The notes under the pieces were generated by a model, which saw only the letters and a program-made list of their open reading frames with translations, did no database searches and was not told the DNA's origin. From sequence record PV261924.1: a stretch of 64,000 nt of DNA; one strand, written 5' to 3'. Each line of letters starts with the position of its first letter. The first letter of the stretch is position 1. The position numbers and the translations under genes are program-made. Shown here piece by piece: positions 54,952 through 64,000 of the stretch.

Positions 54952-55335
54952 TCACCTAGTATAACTCGTTTCTATTGTAGAGACTTCTGTGGGTCCTGTC
55001 AAGAGTTGTGGGAAGGCTGTCATGACCCTCATACCTATGGAAATAACAGCAAGACCACCAACGGCCATCCAGACCCTTCTCTCTAGTCCACGTATTCGTT
55101 GCAATACGATGTCATGATCCCCGTCCATTTTATCACGGAGTTTGTCAATTTTAGCAAAAAGTACTGTGTCGATTTCTTCTTGTTTTGATATACGTTCTTC
55201 ATGTACTGCAAGCATTCTACTCACAGTAGTATTTACTTCAGATAATTTTTGTATTGCGGTATCGATCCTGAGAACAATCGGTTTCAGGTCTTCAATCTTT
55301 TGTTCTAATACTGCAATCTTAATTTGATCGTCCAT
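54952..55335 (-). CDS. Coiled-coil protein with C-terminal TM (holin/hemolysin-XhlA-like)
   Basis: LAVHEERI...LERRVWMAVGGLAVISI. Confidence 0.55.
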   Translation of the reverse strand: MDDQIKIAVLEQKIEDLKPIVLRIDTAIQKLSEVNTTVSRMLAVHEERISKQEEIDTVLFAKIDKLRDKMDGDHDIVLQRIRGLERRVWMAVGGLAVISIGMRVMTAFPQLLTGPTEVSTIETSYTR

Positions 55336-55627
55336 GGGGCTTGAAGTATGGATTGAATTCCAATGCCTTTTTCTTAGCCTTCTTTTCCTTTCTCTTCTGC
55401 TGCCTGTCCATCAGGTCTTTAATAGCCTTCTTCACGTACTTATTACGACCATCTAATTTAAGGGTGGAATCATAACCAGCAGTAGGACCAGCAGCAGGGG
55501 AGGAACCACTAAATCCGCCAGATCCCCCAGGAGGATTTGCCACCATACCTTCCTCATTGACACTGAATTCATTATACATTGCTGTACGAAATGCATCTAC
55601 AAACCTGTCAATTTTGTCCTTATTCAT
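55319..55627 (-). CDS. Hypothetical protein
   Basis: GGFSGSSPAAGPTAGYD motif. Confidence 0.7.
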   Translation of the reverse strand: MNKDKIDRFVDAFRTAMYNEFSVNEEGMVANPPGGSGGFSGSSPAAGPTAGYDSTLKLDGRNKYVKKAIKDLMDRQQKRKEKKAKKKALEFNPYFKPHGRSN

Positions 55628-56000
55628 TAGAAATACCTTTTAGAGCATCTAAACATGTTTGATCTAATTCAATATCATGTATGTAACTTTTTGGATAGTC
55701 TGGCAATTTATTCAAGAACACTACAAATGTTTTTATTGCAGACCATAAACTTTTGTCAATCTTATAGAATAACATGGGAGTTGTTGCGTCACCAAAGATA
55801 TTATAAAGAATAATAAAATGGTTTATCAAGAGATGTACCTTTAAATCACCACTTGTCTTATACCGTTTAAGGAGTCTTTTGATGTATCTAAATCGACTCA
55901 GATCTTTATCAAAATCCTCCCTTGTAACGGCTTGGGGATTCTCATAATTTTTAATGGCGAAGATGAGGAAGTTCTCCTCATTCAATTCATTAAACAGCAT
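55620..56000 (-). CDS. Conserved T4-like hypothetical protein
   Basis: FAIKNYENP, RFRYIKRLL, LLINHFIILYNIFG. Confidence 0.8.
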   Translation of the reverse strand: MLFNELNEENFLIFAIKNYENPQAVTREDFDKDLSRFRYIKRLLKRYKTSGDLKVHLLINHFIILYNIFGDATTPMLFYKIDKSLWSAIKTFVVFLNKLPDYPKSYIHDIELDQTCLDALKGISNE

Positions 56001-56003
56001 TTA

Positions 56004-56531
56004 TCATTCAGCAGTAGGGTAGTTAATACCACCAGTTGTAATACCAGACATAGCAACCAGAGTCTCTTTCTTGACTCTCAGATTACCAAGGTTGTCAAGA
56101 TAAGTTGTAACACCAACCCAACCTTCGTGAGTTACAGAGTACTCAGTGTTTGAGGTGATACCTTCACCTTGAGTGTTTACACCATATACCAGTGAGTCAG
56201 GTGTACCATATGATGCTTCACTGTAAACAGAATTGAGTACAGATGACTTAGGAAGTTGAGATACGGTGAAGTTTACACCAGCAATAGCTGCACCACTCAG
56301 ACCCATGGTTGAACCGATGGTCAGTGATTCAGAGTTAGCGATACTTACAATAACAGCATCACCATAATATGTGTTACCACTACCTCTTGTACCAAAGCGA
56401 ATTACATCACCCTCTGCACAACCACCATCAATACCAAATGATGTGCCAGAACCAGTGACAACTCCTGTAGAGTAGTTCAGGGAAACTGTACCTGCAGATC
56501 CCACATTGTCGTTGTTTCCCCAAAGTGCCAT
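56004..56531 (-). CDS. Putative structural protein (MALWG start)
   Basis: MALWGNND, THEGWVG, RVKKETLVAMS; late promoter TATAAATA at 56566-56573. Confidence 0.7.
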   Translation of the reverse strand: MALWGNNDNVGSAGTVSLNYSTGVVTGSGTSFGIDGGCAEGDVIRFGTRGSGNTYYGDAVIVSIANSESLTIGSTMGLSGAAIAGVNFTVSQLPKSSVLNSVYSEASYGTPDSLVYGVNTQGEGITSNTEYSVTHEGWVGVTTYLDNLGNLRVKKETLVAMSGITTGGINYPTAE

Positions 56532-56605
56532 GTCTTGTGCCCTTGTAAAGTTACTTTCTTTCAAATATTTATAAAAAAATAGGAGACAAGAATGTCTCCT
56601 TTATA

Positions 56606-56806
56606 TCATTCTTCTCTGGTTTTAATTGCCTTTGCAACTACCTCAAGAAGTTCATCATCCATGTCTGTCTTAGTAAGCTTAACTGCTTTACCAAGAATTA
56701 CCAAACAAACATCAATCAGTTTCTCACCCAATTCTTCATTCTCAGGAATCTTTGCAACTGCATCAGAGATAATCTTTGATGCTAATGGGAGTAAAAATGA
56801 TAGCAT
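56606..56806 (-). CDS. Conserved small hypothetical protein
   Basis: LGKAVKLTKTDMDDELL. Confidence 0.7.
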   Translation of the reverse strand: MLSFLLPLASKIISDAVAKIPENEELGEKLIDVCLVILGKAVKLTKTDMDDELLEVVAKAIKTREE

Positions 56807-56837
56807 GGTGAATACCTAGTACTATCTTATATATGAA

Positions 56838-57650
56838 TCAATCTCTTGGAGAAGTATGTTTTGACATAATTTTTGCTTCCCTTTCTTGTTTTGTAGTACG
56901 ACCATACTTAGACTGAAGTTTATTATGGAAAGAACGTTGTGCAGCTTGACGATCGCCCTCAGATGGTTTTGAACCACGTTGTTGTTTAGGTTGACGTGAT
57001 CCTGGATTTTCTTTACGGAACTTGTCTACAATTCCCTTATATTTGCCTTCCTTTTCATACCCTGCAACCTTCTTACCTTGTGTCTCTACCTCTGGATTTC
57101 TTTCTTCCTTGGCTAGTTTAGTTGCAGTGGCATACATTACAGATTTAGCGTCATCACCATATCTCTTTTCAAAACCACTCTTCGACTTCTTCATCCCCTT
57201 TACAATTCTTTCTTTCTCTTCTTTCTCATCAGAAGAAAGAGTTCTTTCCTGAACTTGTTCTGGAGCCTGGGTACTCTTCTTTCTCTCCCTCGCAATCTTC
57301 ATATCAATTCGAGCAATTTTCTGCTCTTCTCTTGCCCTTTTCATTTGAAGAGCACTCATGTTCTCCTCCTCTACCTTACCAGGCTTTCTACCTTCTTTCT
57401 TGTCCTTCTCATCTTGCATACGTTTGAGATCTTCAGGACTCAACTTCTCGTCAAGTTCTGTGACTTCAAGAATAGTTGCACCGATCTCATTAAATGCTTC
57501 TGTCATCTGTGGGTTGATGACGATCTTATTCTTTACTTCTTTAGTATCAATCTTTCTCTCAGACTTTTTATCAGTCTTTGGTTCTGAAGAAGGAACATCT
57601 ACAACTTCAATGAGATCCTCTCTCCAATTAGAAAATTTATTTCTCTTCAT
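56838..57650 (-). CDS. Charged modular protein, putative internal head protein
   Basis: KFSNWREDL, KEEKERIVKGMKK..FEKRYG.DAKSVMYATATK. Confidence 0.7.
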   Translation of the reverse strand: MKRNKFSNWREDLIEVVDVPSSEPKTDKKSERKIDTKEVKNKIVINPQMTEAFNEIGATILEVTELDEKLSPEDLKRMQDEKDKKEGRKPGKVEEENMSALQMKRAREEQKIARIDMKIARERKKSTQAPEQVQERTLSSDEKEEKERIVKGMKKSKSGFEKRYGDDAKSVMYATATKLAKEERNPEVETQGKKVAGYEKEGKYKGIVDKFRKENPGSRQPKQQRGSKPSEGDRQAAQRSFHNKLQSKYGRTTKQEREAKIMSKHTSPRD

Positions 57651-57659
57651 GTTACTAGA

Positions 57660-58964
57660 TTAGATACTCTTTTTCTTGTAGTTATTTAGAAATTCTCTGA
57701 AATTTGATTTAGGTCCTTTGTATGGCTTACCACCGTCTTGAAGATTTGTCTTATCTCCCTTTTCAAATCCTGGTGTCATGTCAGTAACATGTTTGAAGTA
57801 TCCTGTGGTACCAGTCAGAGTGTTTGGTTTCTTAGGAAGTCTCATCTTACGATCCATCTTGACTTCACTATACTCACGAAGATCACGAATCCAAGACTTG
57901 AACATAATATCTTCTTCCGTAACACAGATCAGATAGTTAGTTCCTCTACGAACAATCTTACCGACCAGTCCAGTGTTTAAGTTTTCTACCAATTGATTAA
58001 TCTTAAAGATCTTACCAGTCACATAGTTTTCACGAAGATTCTTCCAGTCAAACTTGGGAGCAATCTGCCAAAGTGACCAACCCTCCTCAACATTCATTGC
58101 CTTACGAACTGTAGTCATGATTGACTTAGCAGTTGCATCATCAATGTTATCAGGAACACCTGATCTGAATGTATCAAAGTCACCTTCGGCTGCAGCCTTT
58201 CTCATCTTAGATGCAGACATACCAGCAACACCTTCTGCATCATCTTCTCTCTGACCTGCAGAAATAGTCTCAATTTGTTCAAAATCATAAAGGTCACCAT
58301 TGTATTTCTGAGCCAGGTTGTCAAACTCACCAACTCTATCAGAACCTACAACGATCTTGATGTTTGAGTATCCCTCACCTGAAGCAATCTTAAGTGCATC
58401 GAAGATAGTCTTCACACTCTCATCATTGACGATCGATTCCTCATGATCGGGGAACATTTTTCTCATCAGATCTGTTTTCTGTGTGGGATCTAATGGATTC
58501 TTTTTCGGATCAAATGATCTAGAAGGATAGATTCTTAAATCTCCATCACCAGCAACTTGTGCAGAAGCATCAAGAAGTTTCTTATGACCAGTGGTAGGGG
58601 GATTAAATCTACCAAACACTAGTGTCAGTGTCTGACCAGTTTTATCACCACCTTCTGTTCCTTCACCTTCATCTTCACCACCTTGTCTCTTACCACCTTC
58701 CACTTCAGGTTGTGCGGTTCTCTTCTGTGGTTGTTGTTCTGGAGTTTTATATTGTGCGGTCTTACCTGTCTCCTGTCTTTCTGCACCAGCCTTTCTATCA
58801 GTGAATCTCAGTTCACCACCTTCTGTTCTAGCAACAATATTACCAGCCTTATCAACCCAGTTTCCCTGACCATCACCAGTCAGACCAAGTTGCTTTGCAC
58901 GTGTTGACGCCTTGGTTTGTCTGGCTTCAGAAAAGAAATTTAAGAAACTCTTCATTTCTATCAA
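57660..58964 (-). CDS. Cytidylyltransferase-like (HIGH-superfamily) nucleotidyltransferase
   Basis: FGRFNPPTTGHKKL, VVGSDRV, GMSASKMR; N-terminus MKSFLNFFSE. Confidence 0.85.
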   Translation of the reverse strand: MIEMKSFLNFFSEARQTKASTRAKQLGLTGDGQGNWVDKAGNIVARTEGGELRFTDRKAGAERQETGKTAQYKTPEQQPQKRTAQPEVEGGKRQGGEDEGEGTEGGDKTGQTLTLVFGRFNPPTTGHKKLLDASAQVAGDGDLRIYPSRSFDPKKNPLDPTQKTDLMRKMFPDHEESIVNDESVKTIFDALKIASGEGYSNIKIVVGSDRVGEFDNLAQKYNGDLYDFEQIETISAGQREDDAEGVAGMSASKMRKAAAEGDFDTFRSGVPDNIDDATAKSIMTTVRKAMNVEEGWSLWQIAPKFDWKNLRENYVTGKIFKINQLVENLNTGLVGKIVRRGTNYLICVTEEDIMFKSWIRDLREYSEVKMDRKMRLPKKPNTLTGTTGYFKHVTDMTPGFEKGDKTNLQDGGKPYKGPKSNFREFLNNYKKKSI

Positions 58965-58982
58965 TACCTTATATTGTATTTA

Positions 58983-59231
58983 TTAAGACAGAGGATCACG
59001 AAGTGATCTTTTGAGAGACTCCATCATCTTTCTTCCTTTTTCCATCTTTTTCTTCTCTTTAGTTTCTTCAACTTTTTCTTTAATGAAGGAGAACAACATA
59101 TCCTCATCCATCTCAAACTCTTCAACATACATCATGATTTCATCCAATGCCAGACCAACGTCATCAGCATCGATCATTAATGCTTGATAGATATCTTGTA
59201 AAATATCTGAGAGGTATTCTAATTCAATCAT
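58983..59231 (-). CDS. Acidic hypothetical protein
   Basis: ORF track, in operon. Confidence 0.6.
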   Translation of the reverse strand: MIELEYLSDILQDIYQALMIDADDVGLALDEIMMYVEEFEMDEDMLFSFIKEKVEETKEKKKMEKGRKMMESLKRSLRDPLS

Positions 59232-61807
59232 TTGAGAGCCTCAGCTAGTTGTGAATAAGCTTTAGTGAAGGGTGCAATAGCATTTCGTTGAGTTTTATTT
59301 AAAGATTCGGGGTCTAAAAGTTTTTCCCTAGGTATATCTTTATAAGAAGAATAAGAATCAATCAATTGGTCTTTCAAGTACTCAAGATCTTCTCTTGCCT
59401 TTGGTGTGAGTGGATTTTTTTGAAAGGAAGGAGAAAATGTATTTTTACCTTCACCACCAGATAAAGTTAATAATGAATTAATCGTAGAAAATATATCATT
59501 GCTTGAACTATTGTCAGGAGAGTAGCTCATTCTTGTATCATATTTTCTCTCCGAATCCAGTTTAGACCCCTCTGTTTTCCCTGTCAAGTGGTCCAAAGAA
59601 TTTCTTATACTTCCAACCAGTTCCTCGTACGCAGTTGAGTCTTGGGAGTTGTCAATAAAATTATTTCTGGCTTTCTTAAATCTTTGGTGATTATCATTTG
59701 CAATTTTAAACTCAACATCCTTTTCTTCGGGAGAAAGTTTCTCATCAAATAGAATCTGATTTTGTAGATTTGCCAATGATTTTGGAGTTCCCTCTGTACC
59801 ACCCCTTCCTCGTACCATTTGACCAGTTTTAGAATCCATGAGAGTTCTAAATCCCATGTCTCCATTATTAATTGTTTCTCTCCCCCAATACTCAATGATC
59901 TTAGCCTTATCTATACCAAGATTATTTTTCATTAAATCTAATAATCCATTGATTTGATTTGGTGATAGATCTTTTATCAAACTATTTGGTGGTATATCAC
60001 TCTGATCTAAGTATCCCGCCAATTCATTTTGATAATCTTTATATTGTTGTTTGGTAAAATTAACACTCTTAGCTTCGTTTTTACCTAAAGATTTTTCAAG
60101 CTTTGAATTTAAGTTTTGTAATAAATCATCTCCAAATAAAGAGGTAACATCTCCACCTAAATTTTTCTTCAATACACTGTTTAGTTCAGATCCTCTTAAA
60201 CTTCTTTTTGCTTTCTCTCTATTTTTAGGATTACTCAAGTCTGATTCCAGATCTCCAGTTCTTCTCTTTGATTGTTCTACAAATTTAGAGAGTTGATAAT
60301 CAGCCCTTGCTCTATTGGTTCTCCTTAATGCAGCACCAAAATTTTCAATAGAATCATCACCACCACCTTTCAGTGGGATAATATGTTCCGCCTCAAACTC
60401 ACCAGGAGATGATACTCCTCCACTCATGGAATATACATCCTTCCCATCTTGCATGGTCCAAATATGTAATAGAGCAGCGCCCCTTAAATTGTTTGCTTTT
60501 CCTTGTCCACTCTCTTGTGTAGGATCGTAAAAAGTTTTCGGAGATCCACTGGTATTCATAAAATCCCTTGCTGGTGAAGGAAGAAGTGCATGTATTGCAT
60601 CAGTTATAACTGGATCTACACATTGTAAAGATGATTCAGATTCATTTCTTAAATTAAATGACTTTGTTTGAATCCCTTCAGGGTCAAGATCATTAAGATC
60701 TTTTCTTTCAGAAATATGTTTTGACTCAAAATATCCTAATTTATTTCCAGTAAGAATATGATTTTCACTTGTCTTCCACGTTCCGTCATCTCCTACAAAA
60801 GAGTTAATAGTTTGGTGAGCATTCTTGAAACAATCCATTTGTTCCTTATTGTTGACATCAATACCTACATCTAACAACAACTCACTAACAGTTCTCTTAT
60901 CTCCTTTCTTAAGTTCAATCTCTGCTAAGTAATCACCACTATTGACAGCATCCATCATTGCATCGACCTTCTCTCTATTGTTCGCCTTTGCAATTGACTT
61001 ACTTAGGGTGTTCAATCCACTTCTATAATCAGAGTCTTTTGAGTAATGGTCTAAAAATTCCTTTCGTGATTGTCTTCCAGCGTCAAATCTTGTATCTTCT
61101 ACATCAGTATTTGCAATATCTTTTACTCTTTGTATGGACTCTTCAGTTGCAATATCGACATTAGCATCGTTTCTGAAAGAACCATCGAAGTTCTGTCCTG
61201 TTTCAGAAACTGCTTGATTAAGAGTTCTAAACTCTGACGGATCTTTAACTCTACCTTCAGGTGTTCCCATTTCTTTTTCAAGAGCAGCCTGATCTGCTGC
61301 TTGTTGTTCAGCCTCTGCAGCAGCCTCAGCTTCTTTCTCTGCCTCCCTCTGAGCAACAAGGTCTTTTGACTGTTGTTTTACTTGATCTTTTCTATTAGCA
61401 GACATGACATCACCACGACCACGCTTCATTCCCTTCTCTACTTCTTCTACGTCACCACTTTCAACAGCAGCAGGAGTGGGACCACCAGGGATAAATCTTC
61501 CCATCTGGTCAGCTACTGATGTCGTAGCTTGTTGTTTAGGTCTAGGTGCGTCTTTTCTAAAATCAGGAAGGGTTTTTGGATCTTCTTTTTGAGGTTGATC
61601 TTCTCCCCCAACCTTCTTTGGTTTATCAAGTTTGACAAGTTTGGTCTGACCCCCACCAAGTTTTTTACTTATATGTGTTACGAGACCAGACTTTGGATCT
61701 CTCCACTGCGCATAACCAGCATATTCAAGACCCATTTCACGAGCCTCATCAGCTGCACCCTCCTTGAGGAGGGTATCAACTCTCTTCAAATATTTAAATA
61801 CGTCCAC
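59228..61807 (-). CDS. 859-aa protein with an internal HNH nuclease-like motif
   Basis: EAEHIIPLKGGGDDSIENFGAALRRTNRARAD; GTG start; upstream ATAAATA. Confidence 0.7.
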   Translation of the reverse strand: MDVFKYLKRVDTLLKEGAADEAREMGLEYAGYAQWRDPKSGLVTHISKKLGGGQTKLVKLDKPKKVGGEDQPQKEDPKTLPDFRKDAPRPKQQATTSVADQMGRFIPGGPTPAAVESGDVEEVEKGMKRGRGDVMSANRKDQVKQQSKDLVAQREAEKEAEAAAEAEQQAADQAALEKEMGTPEGRVKDPSEFRTLNQAVSETGQNFDGSFRNDANVDIATEESIQRVKDIANTDVEDTRFDAGRQSRKEFLDHYSKDSDYRSGLNTLSKSIAKANNREKVDAMMDAVNSGDYLAEIELKKGDKRTVSELLLDVGIDVNNKEQMDCFKNAHQTINSFVGDDGTWKTSENHILTGNKLGYFESKHISERKDLNDLDPEGIQTKSFNLRNESESSLQCVDPVITDAIHALLPSPARDFMNTSGSPKTFYDPTQESGQGKANNLRGAALLHIWTMQDGKDVYSMSGGVSSPGEFEAEHIIPLKGGGDDSIENFGAALRRTNRARADYQLSKFVEQSKRRTGDLESDLSNPKNREKAKRSLRGSELNSVLKKNLGGDVTSLFGDDLLQNLNSKLEKSLGKNEAKSVNFTKQQYKDYQNELAGYLDQSDIPPNSLIKDLSPNQINGLLDLMKNNLGIDKAKIIEYWGRETINNGDMGFRTLMDSKTGQMVRGRGGTEGTPKSLANLQNQILFDEKLSPEEKDVEFKIANDNHQRFKKARNNFIDNSQDSTAYEELVGSIRNSLDHLTGKTEGSKLDSERKYDTRMSYSPDNSSSNDIFSTINSLLTLSGGEGKNTFSPSFQKNPLTPKAREDLEYLKDQLIDSYSSYKDIPREKLLDPESLNKTQRNAIAPFTKAYSQLAEALK

Positions 61808-61842
61808 TACGTAACCTGGTTGTCATAACAATATTTATTTTA

Positions 61843-63243
61843 TCACTTACCAGCCTTTAAATTTGCCTTACGATACTCAAGATCAGCACGAGTACCACGA
61901 TCCATTCTACCTTGTGACTTAGGCTTAGTTTTACCACCTACATCAGGTTGCATACCAGGATTTGATGCCTTGACTCTTCGGCCATGGGTGTACTCAGCGC
62001 CACTCATCTTTGAAGTACCAGAGACCATCTTACCACCCTCAGAACGGGAGTCGGCGTACTCTTTCTCAGACTGACCATGCTTACCCTTGTAGAGTTCATC
62101 AAGTGCCATCTGAGTCATGATCTTTAGAGCTTCTGACTTAGAATAACCCTCTTCAATCAGAGAGTCAAACATCAAATCAAAATCTTCTTCTACACCCTTA
62201 CCAGCTTTGTACAATGGTTTACCAGTCTTAACATTCTTCATACCAGCCTTGTAGTTCTGATATGCTTTGGTGTTACCCTTCTTGTCAGCCATGGTAACTT
62301 CATACTCTTCTTTCTTCATCTTGGTCTTCATGGCAAGAGAAACACCACGTTTGTACTGTGTGTCTGCCTTATCATATTCACCACGAGCAATATGAATGTC
62401 TTCCTTCTTCTTAACTGCTTCACGCTTACGAGCAACCTTCTCAGCAGGATAAGGCTTCATACCCTCTTCAACTTTCTCTTTCTTCTTGCCCATTGCCTTA
62501 CCAATGGCCTTACGGCGCTTCATCAGATACTCGTCTGAAGAATCCTCGTCACCATCATTATCTACATCACCATCTTCCTTACCTACAGGGTCAAGTTTCT
62601 TCTCATAGATAGATGCATATGCATCACCCCAACCCTTACGGATTTGTGATACTTCTTCGAAGTGTGGGTTCTTCATCTTAGAACCCATCTTCTCCATATC
62701 CTTACGAGCCTTCTCGTTGTTCTCCTGTCTCTTCTTCATATCTGTCTCCAGATATGACTTATCAGCCTTCTCAACCAACTGAAGGAGAAGAGTCTTGACA
62801 TTCAGTGACTCTTGTGCAACCAACTGACCATGAGTTCTTTGAACTCTTTTCTCTTGGTTGAATCTTGCTGACCAAGACTCCTGAAGTCTCTTGTTATATC
62901 TGTACTTCCCAAACTCCTCAAGAGCAATCGTAGATGCCTTAGAATCAATTACATCAAATGCTTTGTTCAGGGACTCACACAGTCTATAAATCTTTGCCTG
63001 TCTACCAGCAATGGTTGACTCAACAAACATTTCACTGAAGATTGTATGTGCAGAGTCTACTGAGTAACCTTTCTGGAACATCTCTTCCAGAACACTCTCT
63101 ACAATCTCATCGAGATCGGTGTCAGTCAAAGCAGAGAGATTCATCTCAGAGATCTCATCTCTTACAGAAGTCAATTCTTCTTTTGCTTCGGTGTTATGGA
63201 CAGCAGCATATGCTTCCATAAAGTTACGCATTGATGAAGACAT
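61843..63243 (-). CDS. Charged modular protein, putative internal head/core protein
   Basis: KKLDPVGKEDGDVDNDGD..YLMKRRKAIGKA, VTMADKKGNTKAYQNYKAG modules separated by Glu-rich linkers. Confidence 0.7.
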   Translation of the reverse strand: MSSSMRNFMEAYAAVHNTEAKEELTSVRDEISEMNLSALTDTDLDEIVESVLEEMFQKGYSVDSAHTIFSEMFVESTIAGRQAKIYRLCESLNKAFDVIDSKASTIALEEFGKYRYNKRLQESWSARFNQEKRVQRTHGQLVAQESLNVKTLLLQLVEKADKSYLETDMKKRQENNEKARKDMEKMGSKMKNPHFEEVSQIRKGWGDAYASIYEKKLDPVGKEDGDVDNDGDEDSSDEYLMKRRKAIGKAMGKKKEKVEEGMKPYPAEKVARKREAVKKKEDIHIARGEYDKADTQYKRGVSLAMKTKMKKEEYEVTMADKKGNTKAYQNYKAGMKNVKTGKPLYKAGKGVEEDFDLMFDSLIEEGYSKSEALKIMTQMALDELYKGKHGQSEKEYADSRSEGGKMVSGTSKMSGAEYTHGRRVKASNPGMQPDVGGKTKPKSQGRMDRGTRADLEYRKANLKAGK

Positions 63244-63254
63244 CTTTTTACAAA

Positions 63255-63464
63255 TTACTTTTTCTTATCTTTATTTATGTCTTCGAGGTATTCTCTTTCG
63301 TTTTCATAGATCGAAGAAGGGTTCATATAAAGATGAATCCCCTCTTGAATACCTGGTATCAACCACTCGTCTAGATTTTTACAATTGTCCCAATTGACTG
63401 GTTGAATACAATTCATCACTACCACAGACCAAAAGGCTGTGACATAATTAATAAACGTTGTCAT
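63255..63464 (-). CDS. Hypothetical protein
   Basis: AFWSVVVMNCIQPVNW.NC..WL. Confidence 0.65.
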   Translation of the reverse strand: MTTFINYVTAFWSVVVMNCIQPVNWDNCKNLDEWLIPGIQEGIHLYMNPSSIYENEREYLEDINKDKKK

Positions 63465-63625
63465 AATTCCTGTTTCCAAACAAGTTGATGGGCCATTTTG
63501 TCCCTCAACCCATTGATACGTTTTTCATCAAAATGAGCAAAGTTAGGATACTTCTCAACCTTTTTATAATAGTGAAGTGCATTGAGAATGATTGTGTAGT
63601 CCTCCATGCTCAAATCAAACTTCAC
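63461..63625 (-). CDS. Small hypothetical protein
   Basis: Manual translation (GTG) MKFDLSMEDYTIILNALHYYKKVEK... Confidence 0.6.
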   Translation of the reverse strand: MKFDLSMEDYTIILNALHYYKKVEKYPNFAHFDEKRINGLRDKMAHQLVWKQEL

Positions 63626-63891
63626 AATTTACCACCAACAAAACCACTATTCACAACTCTTGTGTATTGATCAAGAGTACCATCCTGTTCACACTGAAGT
63701 TGCCATCTTGTCATGTAGATGACACCATCCTTCTCCAGTCCTGTCAACATTTTACGACCTTCTTTAGTCATAGTGCTGTGAAGACCAAAACGTGTCTTCC
63801 AAACATAAAAGGTATCGTCAATAACTTCTGCATTTTCTGGAAGATCAAAAAATGCTTCAAGCTTGTTTACTGTAGATGTCTCAATCATCAA
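63622..63891 (-). CDS. Hypothetical protein
   Basis: IDDTFYVWKTRFGL, VGGKL. Confidence 0.7.
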   Translation of the reverse strand: MMIETSTVNKLEAFFDLPENAEVIDDTFYVWKTRFGLHSTMTKEGRKMLTGLEKDGVIYMTRWQLQCEQDGTLDQYTRVVNSGFVGGKL

Positions 63892-64000
63892 ACATACCTC
63901 GGTCTTTCATAAACTGTAAAGTCTCTTTCATGTTTCCAATATGTGTATAACCCAATGCAACCTGTGGGTAAGTTGCTTCTTTACCAAACTCAGACTCAAA
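63881..64000 (-). CDS. Partial glutaredoxin-like protein (3' end)
   Basis: FESEFGKEATYPQV...HIGNMKETLQ. Confidence 0.6.
   Translation of the reverse strand, partial: FESEFGKEATYPQVALGYTHIGNMKETLQFMKDRGMFDD

Noticed and set aside
1-64000. CRISPR array, IS/transposase, integrase or rRNA
   Set aside because: No regularly spaced repeats, transposase or integrase motifs, or rRNA-like sequence seen.

Overview
This is a 64-kb segment of a T4-like cyanomyovirus genome, most likely from a marine Synechococcus phage. Genes are mostly on the minus strand. In order it holds: baseplate/head-completion and replication core genes (gp51, gp26, gp4, gp48, gp53, gp32, gp59, gp33, exonuclease, phoH, thyX); a small-ORF region; photosynthesis auxiliary genes (psbD, psbA, petE, petF, two hli); a ~17-kb glycosylation/NDP-sugar island with talC embedded; a cluster of 9 tRNAs; nrdB, nrdA and primase; and a block of charged, probably virion-internal proteins. 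The top lead is a glnA (glutamine riboswitch)-like two-module RNA at 11.7-12.6 kb, upstream of a DUF4278-like gene. It is split by a GIY-YIG homing endonuclease and carries a whole small ORF inside one stem loop. Other leads are an unannotated ~190-nt structured RNA between tRNA-Arg and tRNA-Thr, a manA/wcaG-like triple-pseudoknot RNA, an 859-aa HNH protein and a nucleotidyltransferase sharing a virion-targeting-like N-terminus, and an orphan Phd/YefM-like gene and an HNH nuclease inside the tRNA cluster. All calls come from reading motifs by eye; no searches or folding programs were run.
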